Shown here one piece after another: positions 23,678-31,741 of a stretch of DNA of 64,000 nt. The stretch comes from an uncultured Ectothiorhodospiraceae bacterium (GTDB lineage Bacteria > Pseudomonadota > Gammaproteobacteria > Nitrococcales > Nitrococcaceae): NCBI GenBank assembly GCA_964487155.1, contig CAZAQB010000003.1, positions 13,125-77,124 of the forward strand. Direction: 5' to 3'. Under the pieces are notes generated by a model. The model did no database searches, had not been told where the DNA came from, and was given only the letters and a program-made list of their open reading frames with translations. Position numbers and translations under genes: made by a program. Numbering within the stretch: the stretch's first letter is position 1; each line of letters starts with the position of its first letter.

Positions 23678-24886
23678 TCAGCGCTGTGCGGTGGCTTCCA
23701 GAACCGCCACCACCCGGCGGTTCTGGGCGCGGCCGGCAGCGGTGTCGTTGTCCGCCACGGGCCGGGTTTCACCGTAGCCCACGGCCCGTACCCGCTGCGC
23801 AGGCACGTCGAACTCCTCCACCAGCACCCGGCGCACGGCGTCTGCCCGGCGCTGGGAGAGTCGCTGGTTGTAATCGGCGGCACCCGCGCTGTCGGTGTGA
23901 CCCTCGATCACTGCCTCGGTGTCCGGATACTCCCGCATGAAGTCCGCCACCCGCTGGATCTCCGCCAGGTACTCATCCCCCACCTGGGCGCTGTCGGTGG
24001 GGAAGTTCACCGCCAGGCGGATGCTGACCGCCTCCTCCAGCGCGACCCGGCAGCCCTGATCGTCCACCCGGGCGCCGGCCGGGGTGTCGGGGCATTGGTC
24101 CAGATGGTCCGCCACGCCGTCCCCGTCGCTGTCGAGGGGGCAGCCCTGCCTGTCCACCGGCGCCCCCGCGGGCGTGTCCGGGCAGCGGTCGGCGGCGTCA
24201 TCGACGCCGTCCGCGTCGCCGTCCATGGGGCAGCCGCTGGCATCCACCAGCTGCCCGGCCGGCGTGGCGGGGCAGGCGTCGCTGGCGTCCAGCACGCCGT
24301 CGTTGTCGCTGTCCCGGGGCGGCGGCTCGGGGCGCGGCGAGGTCATGGGAGCCGGCGCCTGGGCTGCGAACAGGTAGCCCACGCCCAGCATCACCGCGGG
24401 GTCGTGCTCGCCGTCCTCCGGGGCGTAGTAGTCGCGCACATCGGCCCGCACCAGCCAGCCGTTGCCCAGCAGATAGCGCAGGCCCAGGCCGGCGTTGAAC
24501 TGCAGGTCCGAGTCCTCGGTGCCGCGATCGGGGTTGAACTGGGAGACCCCCGCGCCGCCCACCAGGTAGGGCTGCAGCGAGGCCTCCGGCAGCATGTGGT
24601 AGAGGCCGTCCAGCTGTAGCCGGAGCTGGTTGACGTCGACGTCGGCATCGTCCGCCTCGGTAGGGGTGAACCCGGCCACCAGCTCGGCGCCCCAGCGCCG
24701 TCCGTAGTCGTAGCCCACCCCCAGGCGCCCGCCGACGGCGTCGTCGAGATTGCGCTCGCTGTCATAGAAATGACCGGTGACGCCCGGGGTCAGGGTCCAG
24801 CCGCCCTGGCCACCGGCCAGGGCGGCGGCCGGCAGCAGCAGGGCCAGGGTGATCGGCAAAAGCCATCCGCGTCTGGCAGATTTCAT
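23678..24886 (-). CDS. OmpA family outer-membrane protein with thrombospondin-type-3 (Asp-rich Ca-binding) repeats
   Basis: Start MKSARRGWLLPITLALLLPAAALA. N-terminal beta-barrel, then repeats DSDNDGV.D..D.CP.TPAG / DGDADGVDDAADRCPDTPAG / DSDGDGVADHLDQCPDTPAG, then a C-terminal OmpA domain (GHTDS.G...YN..LS.RRA..V). Confidence 0.9.
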   Translation of the reverse strand: MKSARRGWLLPITLALLLPAAALAGGQGGWTLTPGVTGHFYDSERNLDDAVGGRLGVGYDYGRRWGAELVAGFTPTEADDADVDVNQLRLQLDGLYHMLPEASLQPYLVGGAGVSQFNPDRGTEDSDLQFNAGLGLRYLLGNGWLVRADVRDYYAPEDGEHDPAVMLGVGYLFAAQAPAPMTSPRPEPPPRDSDNDGVLDASDACPATPAGQLVDASGCPMDGDADGVDDAADRCPDTPAGAPVDRQGCPLDSDGDGVADHLDQCPDTPAGARVDDQGCRVALEEAVSIRLAVNFPTDSAQVGDEYLAEIQRVADFMREYPDTEAVIEGHTDSAGAADYNQRLSQRRADAVRRVLVEEFDVPAQRVRAVGYGETRPVADNDTAAGRAQNRRVVAVLEATAQR

Positions 24887-24945
24887 CTTGTTGGTCTCCT
24901 TATTGACGGGGTCTTGTCCTGGACTGCCGCAGGCCGGTTCGGCCT

Positions 24946-25707
24946 TCAGTGGCTGCGGCTCAGGAATGCCTCCACGGCCTCCCGGTGCTCGGGACTTTGC
25001 ATCTGCCGGGAGAACACCTCGGCCTCCTGGTCGATGACCCGGTGCAACTCCCGGCAGAATTCCTCGGTGCGCAATAGCCGGCGAGAGGCGGATAACGCGC
25101 CCCTGGGCAGCTCGGCCAGCCGCTGGCATAGCGCCCAGCTCTCGGCGTCCAGGGAGCCGGGCTTGCAGCTGCGGGTGATCAGCCCAAGGGCCTCGGCCTC
25201 CCGGGCGGTCAGTGCCCGGCCCAGCAGCAGGATCTCCGCGGCCCGGCTGTGGCCCACCAGGGCGGGCAGCAGCCGCGAGCTGCCGAACTCCGGCACTACG
25301 CCCAGGGCCACGAAGGGAGTGACGAAGCGGGCGGTCTCCACGGCCAGGGAGAAGTCACAGTGCAGCATCAGCGTGGTGCCGATACCCGCGGCGTTGCCAT
25401 GCACCTGGGCCACCAGCGGCTTGGGAAAATCCACCACCGCGTGCAGGAACTCCAGCAGTGCCGAGCCGCGCAGCTCGCCGCCGCTGCGGGCCAGCTCGCG
25501 GAATTCGGCCAGATCGCTGCCGGCGGTGAAATCCGGCCCGGCGCCGGTGAGCCGCACCACCCGCACCCGCTCCTCGCCGGCCGCCCTGGCCAGGGCCTCG
25601 GTCAGGCGCGCGTAGAGAAACTGGTTCAGGGCATTGCGCTTGTCGGGGCGGTTCAGGGTCAGGGTGCACACCCCTTCCCGGGTGTTCACCTGGAGCGGAT
25701 CGGTCAT
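24946..25707 (-). CDS. Enoyl-CoA hydratase/isomerase family protein
   Basis: Crotonase fold motifs: LTLNRPDKRNAL, VVRLTGAGPDFTAGSDL, AQVHGNAAGIGTTLMLHCD. Confidence 0.85.
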   Translation of the reverse strand: MTDPLQVNTREGVCTLTLNRPDKRNALNQFLYARLTEALARAAGEERVRVVRLTGAGPDFTAGSDLAEFRELARSGGELRGSALLEFLHAVVDFPKPLVAQVHGNAAGIGTTLMLHCDFSLAVETARFVTPFVALGVVPEFGSSRLLPALVGHSRAAEILLLGRALTAREAEALGLITRSCKPGSLDAESWALCQRLAELPRGALSASRRLLRTEEFCRELHRVIDQEAEVFSRQMQSPEHREAVEAFLSRSH

Positions 25708-25768
25708 GGAAAGCTCTCCGGGGATCCGAAGGGGGCTCGGGGCGAACGCCGCCTGGCCAGTGTCGGCA

Positions 25769-26092
25769 TCAGCGCAGCCAGGGGAACATCAGCCCCAGCA
25801 TTCGACGCTGCATGGCCTGGGCGGCCTCCAGCCACTGCTGCTGGACCGTGGCAAGCGCCTGCATCAGGGCCTCGGCATCCGCTTCGCCCTGGAAGCGCTC
25901 CTCGGTGACGGTGCCGCCCTGGTAGCGCCGCCGTGCGCCGCTCAGCAGAACACGGTCCCCTTCCAGCCGGGCCTCGGCGTAGACCACTTCGAGTTGCAGG
26001 AAGGGCAGCCAGCCGGCCCAGGGCAGCAGGGGCTGGCTGTCGCGGGTGCCGGCTACGGGCCGGGCGTCGATGGTGACGGGCGTTCTCGCCAT
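25769..26092 (-). CDS. Hypothetical protein (107 aa)
   Basis: ORF with high third-position GC and a G-rich RBS-like tract upstream, lying between the crotonase and LysR genes on the same strand. No family recognised. Confidence 0.4.
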   Translation of the reverse strand: MARTPVTIDARPVAGTRDSQPLLPWAGWLPFLQLEVVYAEARLEGDRVLLSGARRRYQGGTVTEERFQGEADAEALMQALATVQQQWLEAAQAMQRRMLGLMFPWLR

Positions 26093-26146
26093 TGCGCAGT
26101 CCCCCCTGGGGGCATGGGCTGAGGTTGCCGGCGGATTCTCCCACGC

Positions 26147-27076
26147 TCAGGCGATCAGTTCGAGCCCGTCCCGTTCCCATGGCGGCACCGGCGTGAACTG
26201 CTCCACCAGGAAGTCCACGAACGCCCGGACCTTGGGAGAGAGATGGCGGCGGTGGGGGTAAACCACATAATAGGCCGACTGCTCATGCCGGTATTCGGGC
26301 AGCACCGCCACCAGCGCTCCGCTGCGGATGTCCGAAGCCACCAGCCAGGTGGACAGCCGCGCCAGCCCGACCCCCGCCCGGGCCGCCTCGTAGAGGGCAT
26401 CGGCGGTGTTGGCGCGGAAGCTGCCGCGCACATGAAGGATCCGCCGGCCCCGCTCGGCGTCCTCGAATTCCCAGTCGTTGAACTGGGACACCTCGTTCAA
26501 CGTCAGGCAGTTGTGGTGCTGCAGATCCTCGGGGGTGGCGGGCGTGCCGTGGCGGCGCAGGTAGTCCGGGGCGGCGCAGATGATACGCCGGTTGACCGCC
26601 AGCCGGCGGGCGATGAGGGACGGATCGTCCATCTGCTCGCGCCACTGGATGGCGACATCCAGGCCTTCCTCCACCAGGTCCACCGGGCGGTCGGTCAGGT
26701 CCACTTCCATGCCCAGTTCCGGGTAGCGCAGCAGGAACCGGTTGATCAGGGGCAGCACCTCAACCCGCCCGAAGGCGACCGTGGCGCAGACCCGCAGCGT
26801 GCCCCGGGGACTGCGGCTCAGCGAGGTCACCGCCTCCTCCGCCTCGCGGATCTCGCCGATGATCCGGGCACAGCACTCGTAGTACGTCCGGCCCGCCTCC
26901 GTCAGGCGGATCCGGCGCGTGGTGCGATTGAACAGGCGCACCCCAAGGCGGTCCTCCAGGCGGCGGATCTGCTTGCTCACCGCCGACGGCGTCAGCTCCA
27001 GGCTGCGGGCGGCCGCGGAGAAGCTGCCGCCCTCCACCGCACGCACGAAAATCACCATCTCCGCGGCCTGATCCAT
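26147..27076 (-). CDS. LysR family transcriptional regulator
   Basis: Start MDQAAEMVIFVRAVEGGSFSAAARSLELTPSAVSKQIRRLEDRLGVRLFNRTTRRIRLTEAG (LysR HTH), followed by a LysR substrate-binding domain. Confidence 0.9.
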   Translation of the reverse strand: MDQAAEMVIFVRAVEGGSFSAAARSLELTPSAVSKQIRRLEDRLGVRLFNRTTRRIRLTEAGRTYYECCARIIGEIREAEEAVTSLSRSPRGTLRVCATVAFGRVEVLPLINRFLLRYPELGMEVDLTDRPVDLVEEGLDVAIQWREQMDDPSLIARRLAVNRRIICAAPDYLRRHGTPATPEDLQHHNCLTLNEVSQFNDWEFEDAERGRRILHVRGSFRANTADALYEAARAGVGLARLSTWLVASDIRSGALVAVLPEYRHEQSAYYVVYPHRRHLSPKVRAFVDFLVEQFTPVPPWERDGLELIA

Positions 27077-27480
27077 GGGCGTCTCCTTCGGGTCACCCGC
27101 GGGGCCCTCTGCCAGCCGGGAAGTATGTCGCCCGACCGCTGGAGTTGTGAACCGGGACGGGCGGGCGCCGCCAGCCGATAGCGGAACATATGCTCTTCGA
27201 GCCTCTGGCGCCAAAATCGCCGAGGCCGGCGTCCGCGCCCGGCGGTGCCGCCCCGGGGAGCGGGCTTGCACCGTTGCAGGTCCGGCGCTATGTTTGAGAA
27301 TAATTGTCGAAATATTCACATAACCAGCAGTAAACTAGCTGGATTCCGCCTACGGAACGGGCGAACTCGCGCTCTGGGAAGCGCCGTAGAAGGTCGCACC
27401 GTTGCGAGCGCCCCACTCTCGCCTGGCACGATTCATACGGCACAGACTCCCGGGGGGCTTTTGGAGGGCGGACCCCGATC

Positions 27481-28248
27481 ATGGCCAGTGTCACGGTCAT
27501 CCTCACCGTGGAGGAGCGCTCCGGCATTCTCTCCAGCGCGGTGACCTCCCTGCGCCGCTTCGGCCTCAACTTCGAGCGCCACCGCAGTCACGAAGACCCC
27601 GCCACCGGCGCTCGCCGCATGGTCATCGAGGCGAGCGGCACGCTCAGTGATCCCGAAGGACTGGCCGCACGGCTGAAAGGCATCCGCGGCGTGCTGGGCG
27701 TCGAGCCCGTCGGCGCGGGCCAGGTCGGCGGCGCCCAGGCGCAGCCCGCCCCGGCGCCGCAGGCCACGGTGGAGATCAGCGACCAGCTGGTGGCCGACAT
27801 GGTGGCCGACTACCCCCGCATCATGCCCCGCTTCGAGGCCTTCGAACTGGAACTGCCGGCAGACAACCGGGAGGGGCCCCAGCGGGAACTCGGCCGGCGG
27901 CTGGGCGCGGCCCTGGCACCGGGGTACCGAGCCGCCCTGGAGGCGTCCCTGGACCTGGGTCAGGCCCTGGAGAATGTCGCGGTTCCAGCCCTGGACCGAT
28001 TGGCCCAGGCGCAGGTTACCGGCGACGACGCCCTGGAAGTGCCCCTTTCCAGCTTCACCCGGCGCTACCTGAACAGCATGGACCTGACCTTCGGCGCCGA
28101 ACTGGACCACTGCTGGTTCCTCAGCGGCCTGCTGGAGGGGCTGCTGGAGGCCTCACCCCATTTCACCTCCGTGCAGGTGAACGAGGATCGCTGCCGGGCG
28201 GTGGGGGACGAAACCTGCCGCTTCCGGGTCCGGCTGGCCCCTTCCTGA
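27481..28248 (+). CDS. ACT-like domain / V4R domain protein (putative small-molecule-binding regulator)
   Basis: The N-terminus VTVILTVEERSGILSSAVTSLRRFGLNFERH...RMVIEASG looks like an ACT fold. The C-terminus ...FLSGLLEGLLEA....VQVNEDRCRAVGDETCRFRV looks like a V4R (4-vinyl reductase) domain with the C-x-A-x-G-D-x-x-C-x-F ending. No DNA-binding or output domain is present. Confidence 0.55.
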   Translation: MASVTVILTVEERSGILSSAVTSLRRFGLNFERHRSHEDPATGARRMVIEASGTLSDPEGLAARLKGIRGVLGVEPVGAGQVGGAQAQPAPAPQATVEISDQLVADMVADYPRIMPRFEAFELELPADNREGPQRELGRRLGAALAPGYRAALEASLDLGQALENVAVPALDRLAQAQVTGDDALEVPLSSFTRRYLNSMDLTFGAELDHCWFLSGLLEGLLEASPHFTSVQVNEDRCRAVGDETCRFRVRLAPS

Positions 28249-28605
28249 CCGCAAATCTCCTGGGTCTGTGCCGCGGCGTCACAGGCATTGTGCCGCCCAA
28301 GCGGTTTTCCGCAGCGCGTCATCCTCTTAAGCTGCACTACATGAGGATCGGGTCACCGGCCCAGCAGCGGATAGCAAATCACCATGAACCCCCGCGAGCC
28401 CGTCCACCACACCGGGGCACTCGGCCTGCCGGCCATGGAGCCTCCCCGGCGGCGGCACCGCCGCCGGGCATCTCGCGACCAGCGCACGGGCCCGCGGAGC
28501 TCCTGTCGCCAGGACCGGCACGGATCACCCGCCGCAGGCGGCCCGCCGACTCTGAGGGTTGTGCGGACCTGACATCCGACCCCGATCCAACGATCTCCTC
28601 CTCTT

Positions 28606-28630
28606 GCCGGCCCCCTGGGCCGGCTTTTTT
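28606..28630 (+). terminator. Intrinsic terminator (plus strand)
   Basis: GCCGGCCC-CCT-GGGCCGGC (8-bp GC stem) immediately followed by TTTTTT. On the minus strand no T-run follows the stem. Confidence 0.7.
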
Positions 28631-28662
28631 GGGCCAGCGAACAGTGCCGCGGCCTGGCGGCC

Positions 28663-28989
28663 TCAGGTGCCGGTCAGGGCCGTGCCGATCCAGAGCACGC
28701 CCATGCCGGCCGCCATGGTCCAGATGACGTTACCCCGCCACCAGGCCACCAGCGCGGCGGCCGCTCCCGCCAGCCAGCGCACCGGCTCCGGATCCCCGCC
28801 ACCATGCCCCAGACCGAGCAGAGCCGGCAGCACCAGGGCGGAGAGCACCGCCGGCGGCACGTAGCGCAGCGAGCGCTGCAACCCCTCGGGCAGCCGCCCA
28901 TGCCCCAGCAGGCCAATGAAGGACAGGCGCAGCAGGAAGGTGCCGAGCCCGATTACCACCATGGTGGTCCAGACGGCGGCCGAGCTCAC
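28663..28989 (-). CDS. azlD: Branched-chain amino acid exporter small subunit AzlD
   Basis: 108-aa hydrophobic ORF (VVIGLGTFLLRLSFI...LRYVPPAVLSALV) overlapping azlC by 4 nt. Confidence 0.8.
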   Translation of the reverse strand: MSSAAVWTTMVVIGLGTFLLRLSFIGLLGHGRLPEGLQRSLRYVPPAVLSALVLPALLGLGHGGGDPEPVRWLAGAAAALVAWWRGNVIWTMAAGMGVLWIGTALTGT

Positions 28990-29687
28990 GACGCGCTCCG
29001 CCGCTGCTGCCAGCCCTCAGCCGCCACCCCGGCGGCGATTCCGGATACCGCGCCGGCGGTGAGACCCAGGTTGAACGGCAGCCCCGATGCCAGCACCGCC
29101 ACACCGCCTCCCACCAGGGCCGCCACCGCCGACGGGCGGTCCCGGATGGCCGGCACCAGCAAGGCCAGGAACACCAGCGGTACAGCGAAACCGAGCTGCC
29201 AGTGGGGCGGCACGCCGGCCCCCAGCAGCAGCCCGGCGGCAGTGGCAGCCAGCCAGACCAGCCACAGGGGAAGAGCCGCCCCCAGGTAGTACCAGTGACG
29301 TCCCGGGGCCTGGGGCTCGCGGACAAAGCGGGCGATGCTGACCGCATAGGCCTGGTCGGTGAGCAGATAGGCCAGCCCCCATTTCCAGCGCCGCGGCAGG
29401 TCCTCCAGGTAGGGGGCGAGGGAGGCGCTGTACATGGCCATGCGCAGGTTAATGATCAGCGCCGTGGCCACCGCAACCAGCGGCAGGGCGTCCTGCCCCA
29501 CCAGCTGGGCCCAGGCGAGCTGGGAGGCGCCGGCGAAGATCACGAAGGACATGCTGAACGCAGCGAGCGGATCCAGGCCGGCATCGAGCCCGGCAATGCC
29601 TGCCGTCAGGCCGAACGGCACCACGCCCGGGAGCACCGGAGCCATGGCCGTGAGGCCGGCGACGAACTGCTGCCTGTCAGTGGTCAT
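28986..29687 (-). CDS. azlC: Branched-chain amino acid exporter AzlC
   Basis: AzlC pattern: FVAGLTAMAPVLPGVVPFGLTAG......SMSFVIFAGASQLA...INLRMAMYSASL. Confidence 0.8.
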   Translation of the reverse strand: MTTDRQQFVAGLTAMAPVLPGVVPFGLTAGIAGLDAGLDPLAAFSMSFVIFAGASQLAWAQLVGQDALPLVAVATALIINLRMAMYSASLAPYLEDLPRRWKWGLAYLLTDQAYAVSIARFVREPQAPGRHWYYLGAALPLWLVWLAATAAGLLLGAGVPPHWQLGFAVPLVFLALLVPAIRDRPSAVAALVGGGVAVLASGLPFNLGLTAGAVSGIAAGVAAEGWQQRRSAS

Positions 29688-29840
29688 GGGGGGCAGGATT
29701 TTTCTGGGAGCCGACCCTGAAGTCTACTGCCTTGGGGGGGGGTCAGCGCCCATCGGCCAAGCGCTCGGCGGCTAAAGCTCGCGAAAGTCGGCGGCCACAG
29801 ATGAACACGGATTAACGGGATCGGCAGCACCCGACCTCAC

Positions 29841-29941
29841 GCCGGATGCGCTTCGCTTATTCGGCATGCTTCCTTCGCCCGGGCCGCCGGCCGGGCCGAG
29901 GCCCGCGTAGGCCGGATAAGGCGCAACGCGCCGCATCCGGC
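29841..29941. repeat. Inverted pair of REP units (BIME-like), left unit degenerate
   Basis: GCCGGATGCGCTTCGCTTATTCGGCATGC (29841-29869) faces GTAGGCCGGATAAGGCGCAACGCGCCGCATCCGGC (29907-29941). Same family as 13040-13134. Confidence 0.8.
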
Positions 29942-29949
29942 GTCGTCGG

Positions 29950-30030
29950 CTGAGAAAAGATTCCTTGTGGGGCCAAGAGACAAGCGAGATCTGTGCAAAT
30001 CTTTGAAATATTAGGGTTAAGTCGGACAGG
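29950..30030 (+). repeat. 81-nt lower-GC intergenic element, copy 1 (second copy at 63850-63930)
   Basis: CTGAGAAAAGATTCCTTGTGGGGCCAAGAGACAAGCGAGATCTGTGCAAATCTTTGAAAT... By hand alignment the first ~57 nt differ from 63850... at 5 positions, and the remainder is more diverged. Both copies have the same orientation. Confidence 0.8.
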
Positions 30031-30033
30031 CTG

Positions 30034-30660
30034 CTAGCGCGGCGGCGTGCGCAGCCGCATCAGGTACTCCTGGCGCCCGTCCTGCAGCAGGACCGAGCGG
30101 TCCACCACGTAGTCAGGCATGCAGCGGTCCAGATCCCAGGCGGTGTACCGGGGCGCCGGCCGCTCCGGCTCGGTGGGGCCCACGCGGCGGATCCGGTCGT
30201 CCGCGAGCACGTCGAAGGCACCCGGGTCGCGGGGCATGCGGGGCCGGGACGAGACGATGAAACCGTGGGCCAGGGCGCCGGAGCGACAGCGCCGCGCAAT
30301 GGCGGTCATCAGCGCGGCCATGGCGTCCCGGCCCAGGTAGTTCAGCAGATCCCAGCACAGCACCAGATCCACCGGTTCGGGGCCGGTGCGCGGCAGCAGG
30401 GCCTCGGCCCGGCGGCGCAGTCGTTCCGGGTCGGACAGGGAACTCAGATCGAGCAGGCTGCCACCCACGTCGGCCACGTAGAGCCGGACCCGGAAGTGCC
30501 GGAACAGCCCCAGGTTGGCCGAGCGGGCGGTACCCAGATCGAGCACCACCCGCCGGCCGCCGCCCCGCAGGTCTTCCACCAGCGAACGGAACAGCGGAGC
30601 ATGCCAGCCCGCGTCGGCAGCAGATTCATGCACTCCAGGATTGCGGAATGCCTCCGGCAC
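30034..30660 (-). CDS. Class I SAM-dependent methyltransferase-like protein (divergent)
   Basis: 208 aa. VVLDLGTARSANL resembles motif I (VLDLGxGxG) only loosely. DLVLCWDLLNYL resembles motif II/III. The fold assignment is tentative. Confidence 0.5.
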   Translation of the reverse strand: MPEAFRNPGVHESAADAGWHAPLFRSLVEDLRGGGRRVVLDLGTARSANLGLFRHFRVRLYVADVGGSLLDLSSLSDPERLRRRAEALLPRTGPEPVDLVLCWDLLNYLGRDAMAALMTAIARRCRSGALAHGFIVSSRPRMPRDPGAFDVLADDRIRRVGPTEPERPAPRYTAWDLDRCMPDYVVDRSVLLQDGRQEYLMRLRTPPR

Positions 30661-30681
30661 GGGCGACCGCGGCCGGAGGTT

Positions 30682-31311
30682 CTAGCCCGCCGATCCGGTC
30701 TTGGTGGCGGTGCCGCCCTGGGGCTTCTCCACCCCCGCTGCGGTGCTCTTGGGCTCGCTGGCCGCAGTCGGCTTCGGGGCCTCGCCGCTGCCACTGGGAC
30801 GCGGGCCGGTTTCCGCGCCGGGCTTGGACGTGTTCCGGGTGCGGCCAAAGGCCGCGTCCACCTGCTGCTGGTCCATCTCGATGCTGCCCTTGAACTTGGC
30901 GCCGTCGTCCAGGCCCACCCGGGGCGAGACGACGTTGCCGCGGACGTTGCCGGTCTTGCGGATGGCGATGCGCTCGGAGCCGTAGAGATCACCCTCCACG
31001 GTGCCGTCCACAAACACGCTGTGGGCGTAGACGTCCGCCCGCACCTTGCCGTTGGGGCCCACGGTGAGATTGTTGTCCTTGAGGTGGACCGTGCCGGTGA
31101 CGTTTCCCTCGATGATGAGGTCTTCCTCGCCCCGCAGGTCGCCGTCAATGTGGATGGACGGGCCGATGATGGCGGCCTCGCGCACCCGGGCCGCGGACGG
31201 TCCGGGCGTTTCCGATGCGGCGGGGGGCGTGAAGCGGTCGCGCTCCAGCTCATCGTCCACCGGGGTGTCCTGGGTGACGGGGCCCGAACCCCGCTTGCTT
31301 CTGTCAAACAT
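30682..31311 (-). CDS. Bactofilin family cytoskeletal protein
   Basis: Start MFDRSKRG with GGAGGAG upstream. The core ...IIGPSIHIDGDLRGEEDLIIEGNVTGTVHLKDNNLTVGPNGKVRADVYAHSVFVDGTVEGDLYGSERIAIRKTGNVRGNVVSPRVGLDDGAKFKGSIEM is the bactofilin (DUF583) beta-helix repeat. The C-terminal tail is disordered. Confidence 0.85.
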   Translation of the reverse strand: MFDRSKRGSGPVTQDTPVDDELERDRFTPPAASETPGPSAARVREAAIIGPSIHIDGDLRGEEDLIIEGNVTGTVHLKDNNLTVGPNGKVRADVYAHSVFVDGTVEGDLYGSERIAIRKTGNVRGNVVSPRVGLDDGAKFKGSIEMDQQQVDAAFGRTRNTSKPGAETGPRPSGSGEAPKPTAASEPKSTAAGVEKPQGGTATKTGSAG

Positions 31312-31741
31312 GCCGCACTCCTCCGATTCACCGGGTGGGGGAGCGCTGATCCGTTCAGCGCTGCCCGGCAGACCCTGTCTGGATGGCCCTGCACGCCGCG
31401 GGCTCGCCGGCCGGTGCAAGGGATCTCCCTGATGCCGCCGACCGCCGCCGGAAGGCGCCAGCCAGCCCCTGTCGTTGTTTTTCGCGCCGCACCGGCCCGC
31501 GACCGGCGCCCCCACCCCGCATGGTGAGGCGTCATGCTAAACCCGCGGTGCCGGCCGAAAACGCGAAGCGGATAACAGTCTGGCCAGGGATTGGGCACGG
31601 CTGACATGCAGTCGAGCCCGCCGGGTGCCAGAATGCAGGCGAGCAGCCGGTCGAACTTACGCTGCCAAGCCCGCCACAAGAGGCTGATTTCCTGAACCAG
31701 CAATTCGTCACCCCATCGCGACCGAGAGCCGGACCCGGCGC

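Noticed and set aside
27424-27438. Sigma-54-like motif TGGCACGATTCATAC upstream of the ACT-V4R gene (and TGGCATATCAATTACC at 15166-15181 upstream of the PatZ-like gene)
   Set aside because: The -24 GG element is good, but the essential -12 GC is replaced (ATAC and TTAC instead of TTGC). No enhancer-binding protein is nearby. This is too weak to call.
28384-28572. 62-aa ORF (MNPREPVHHTG...RRRHRRRASRDQ...) in the unassigned region before the orphan terminator
   Set aside because: It has an Arg/Pro-rich composition, no RBS and weak codon bias. The region is treated as non-coding (a possible RNA).
29990-30006. PurR-box-like sequence (TGTGCAAATCTTTGAAA here; GGTGCAAATTTGTGAAA at 63890) inside the 81-nt repeat, one copy being upstream of purH
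   Set aside because: The resemblance to ACGCAAACGTTTGCGT is only partial, and the dyad symmetry is broken. The other copy precedes azlC, which is not a purine gene. PurR-type control is characteristic of enterics.
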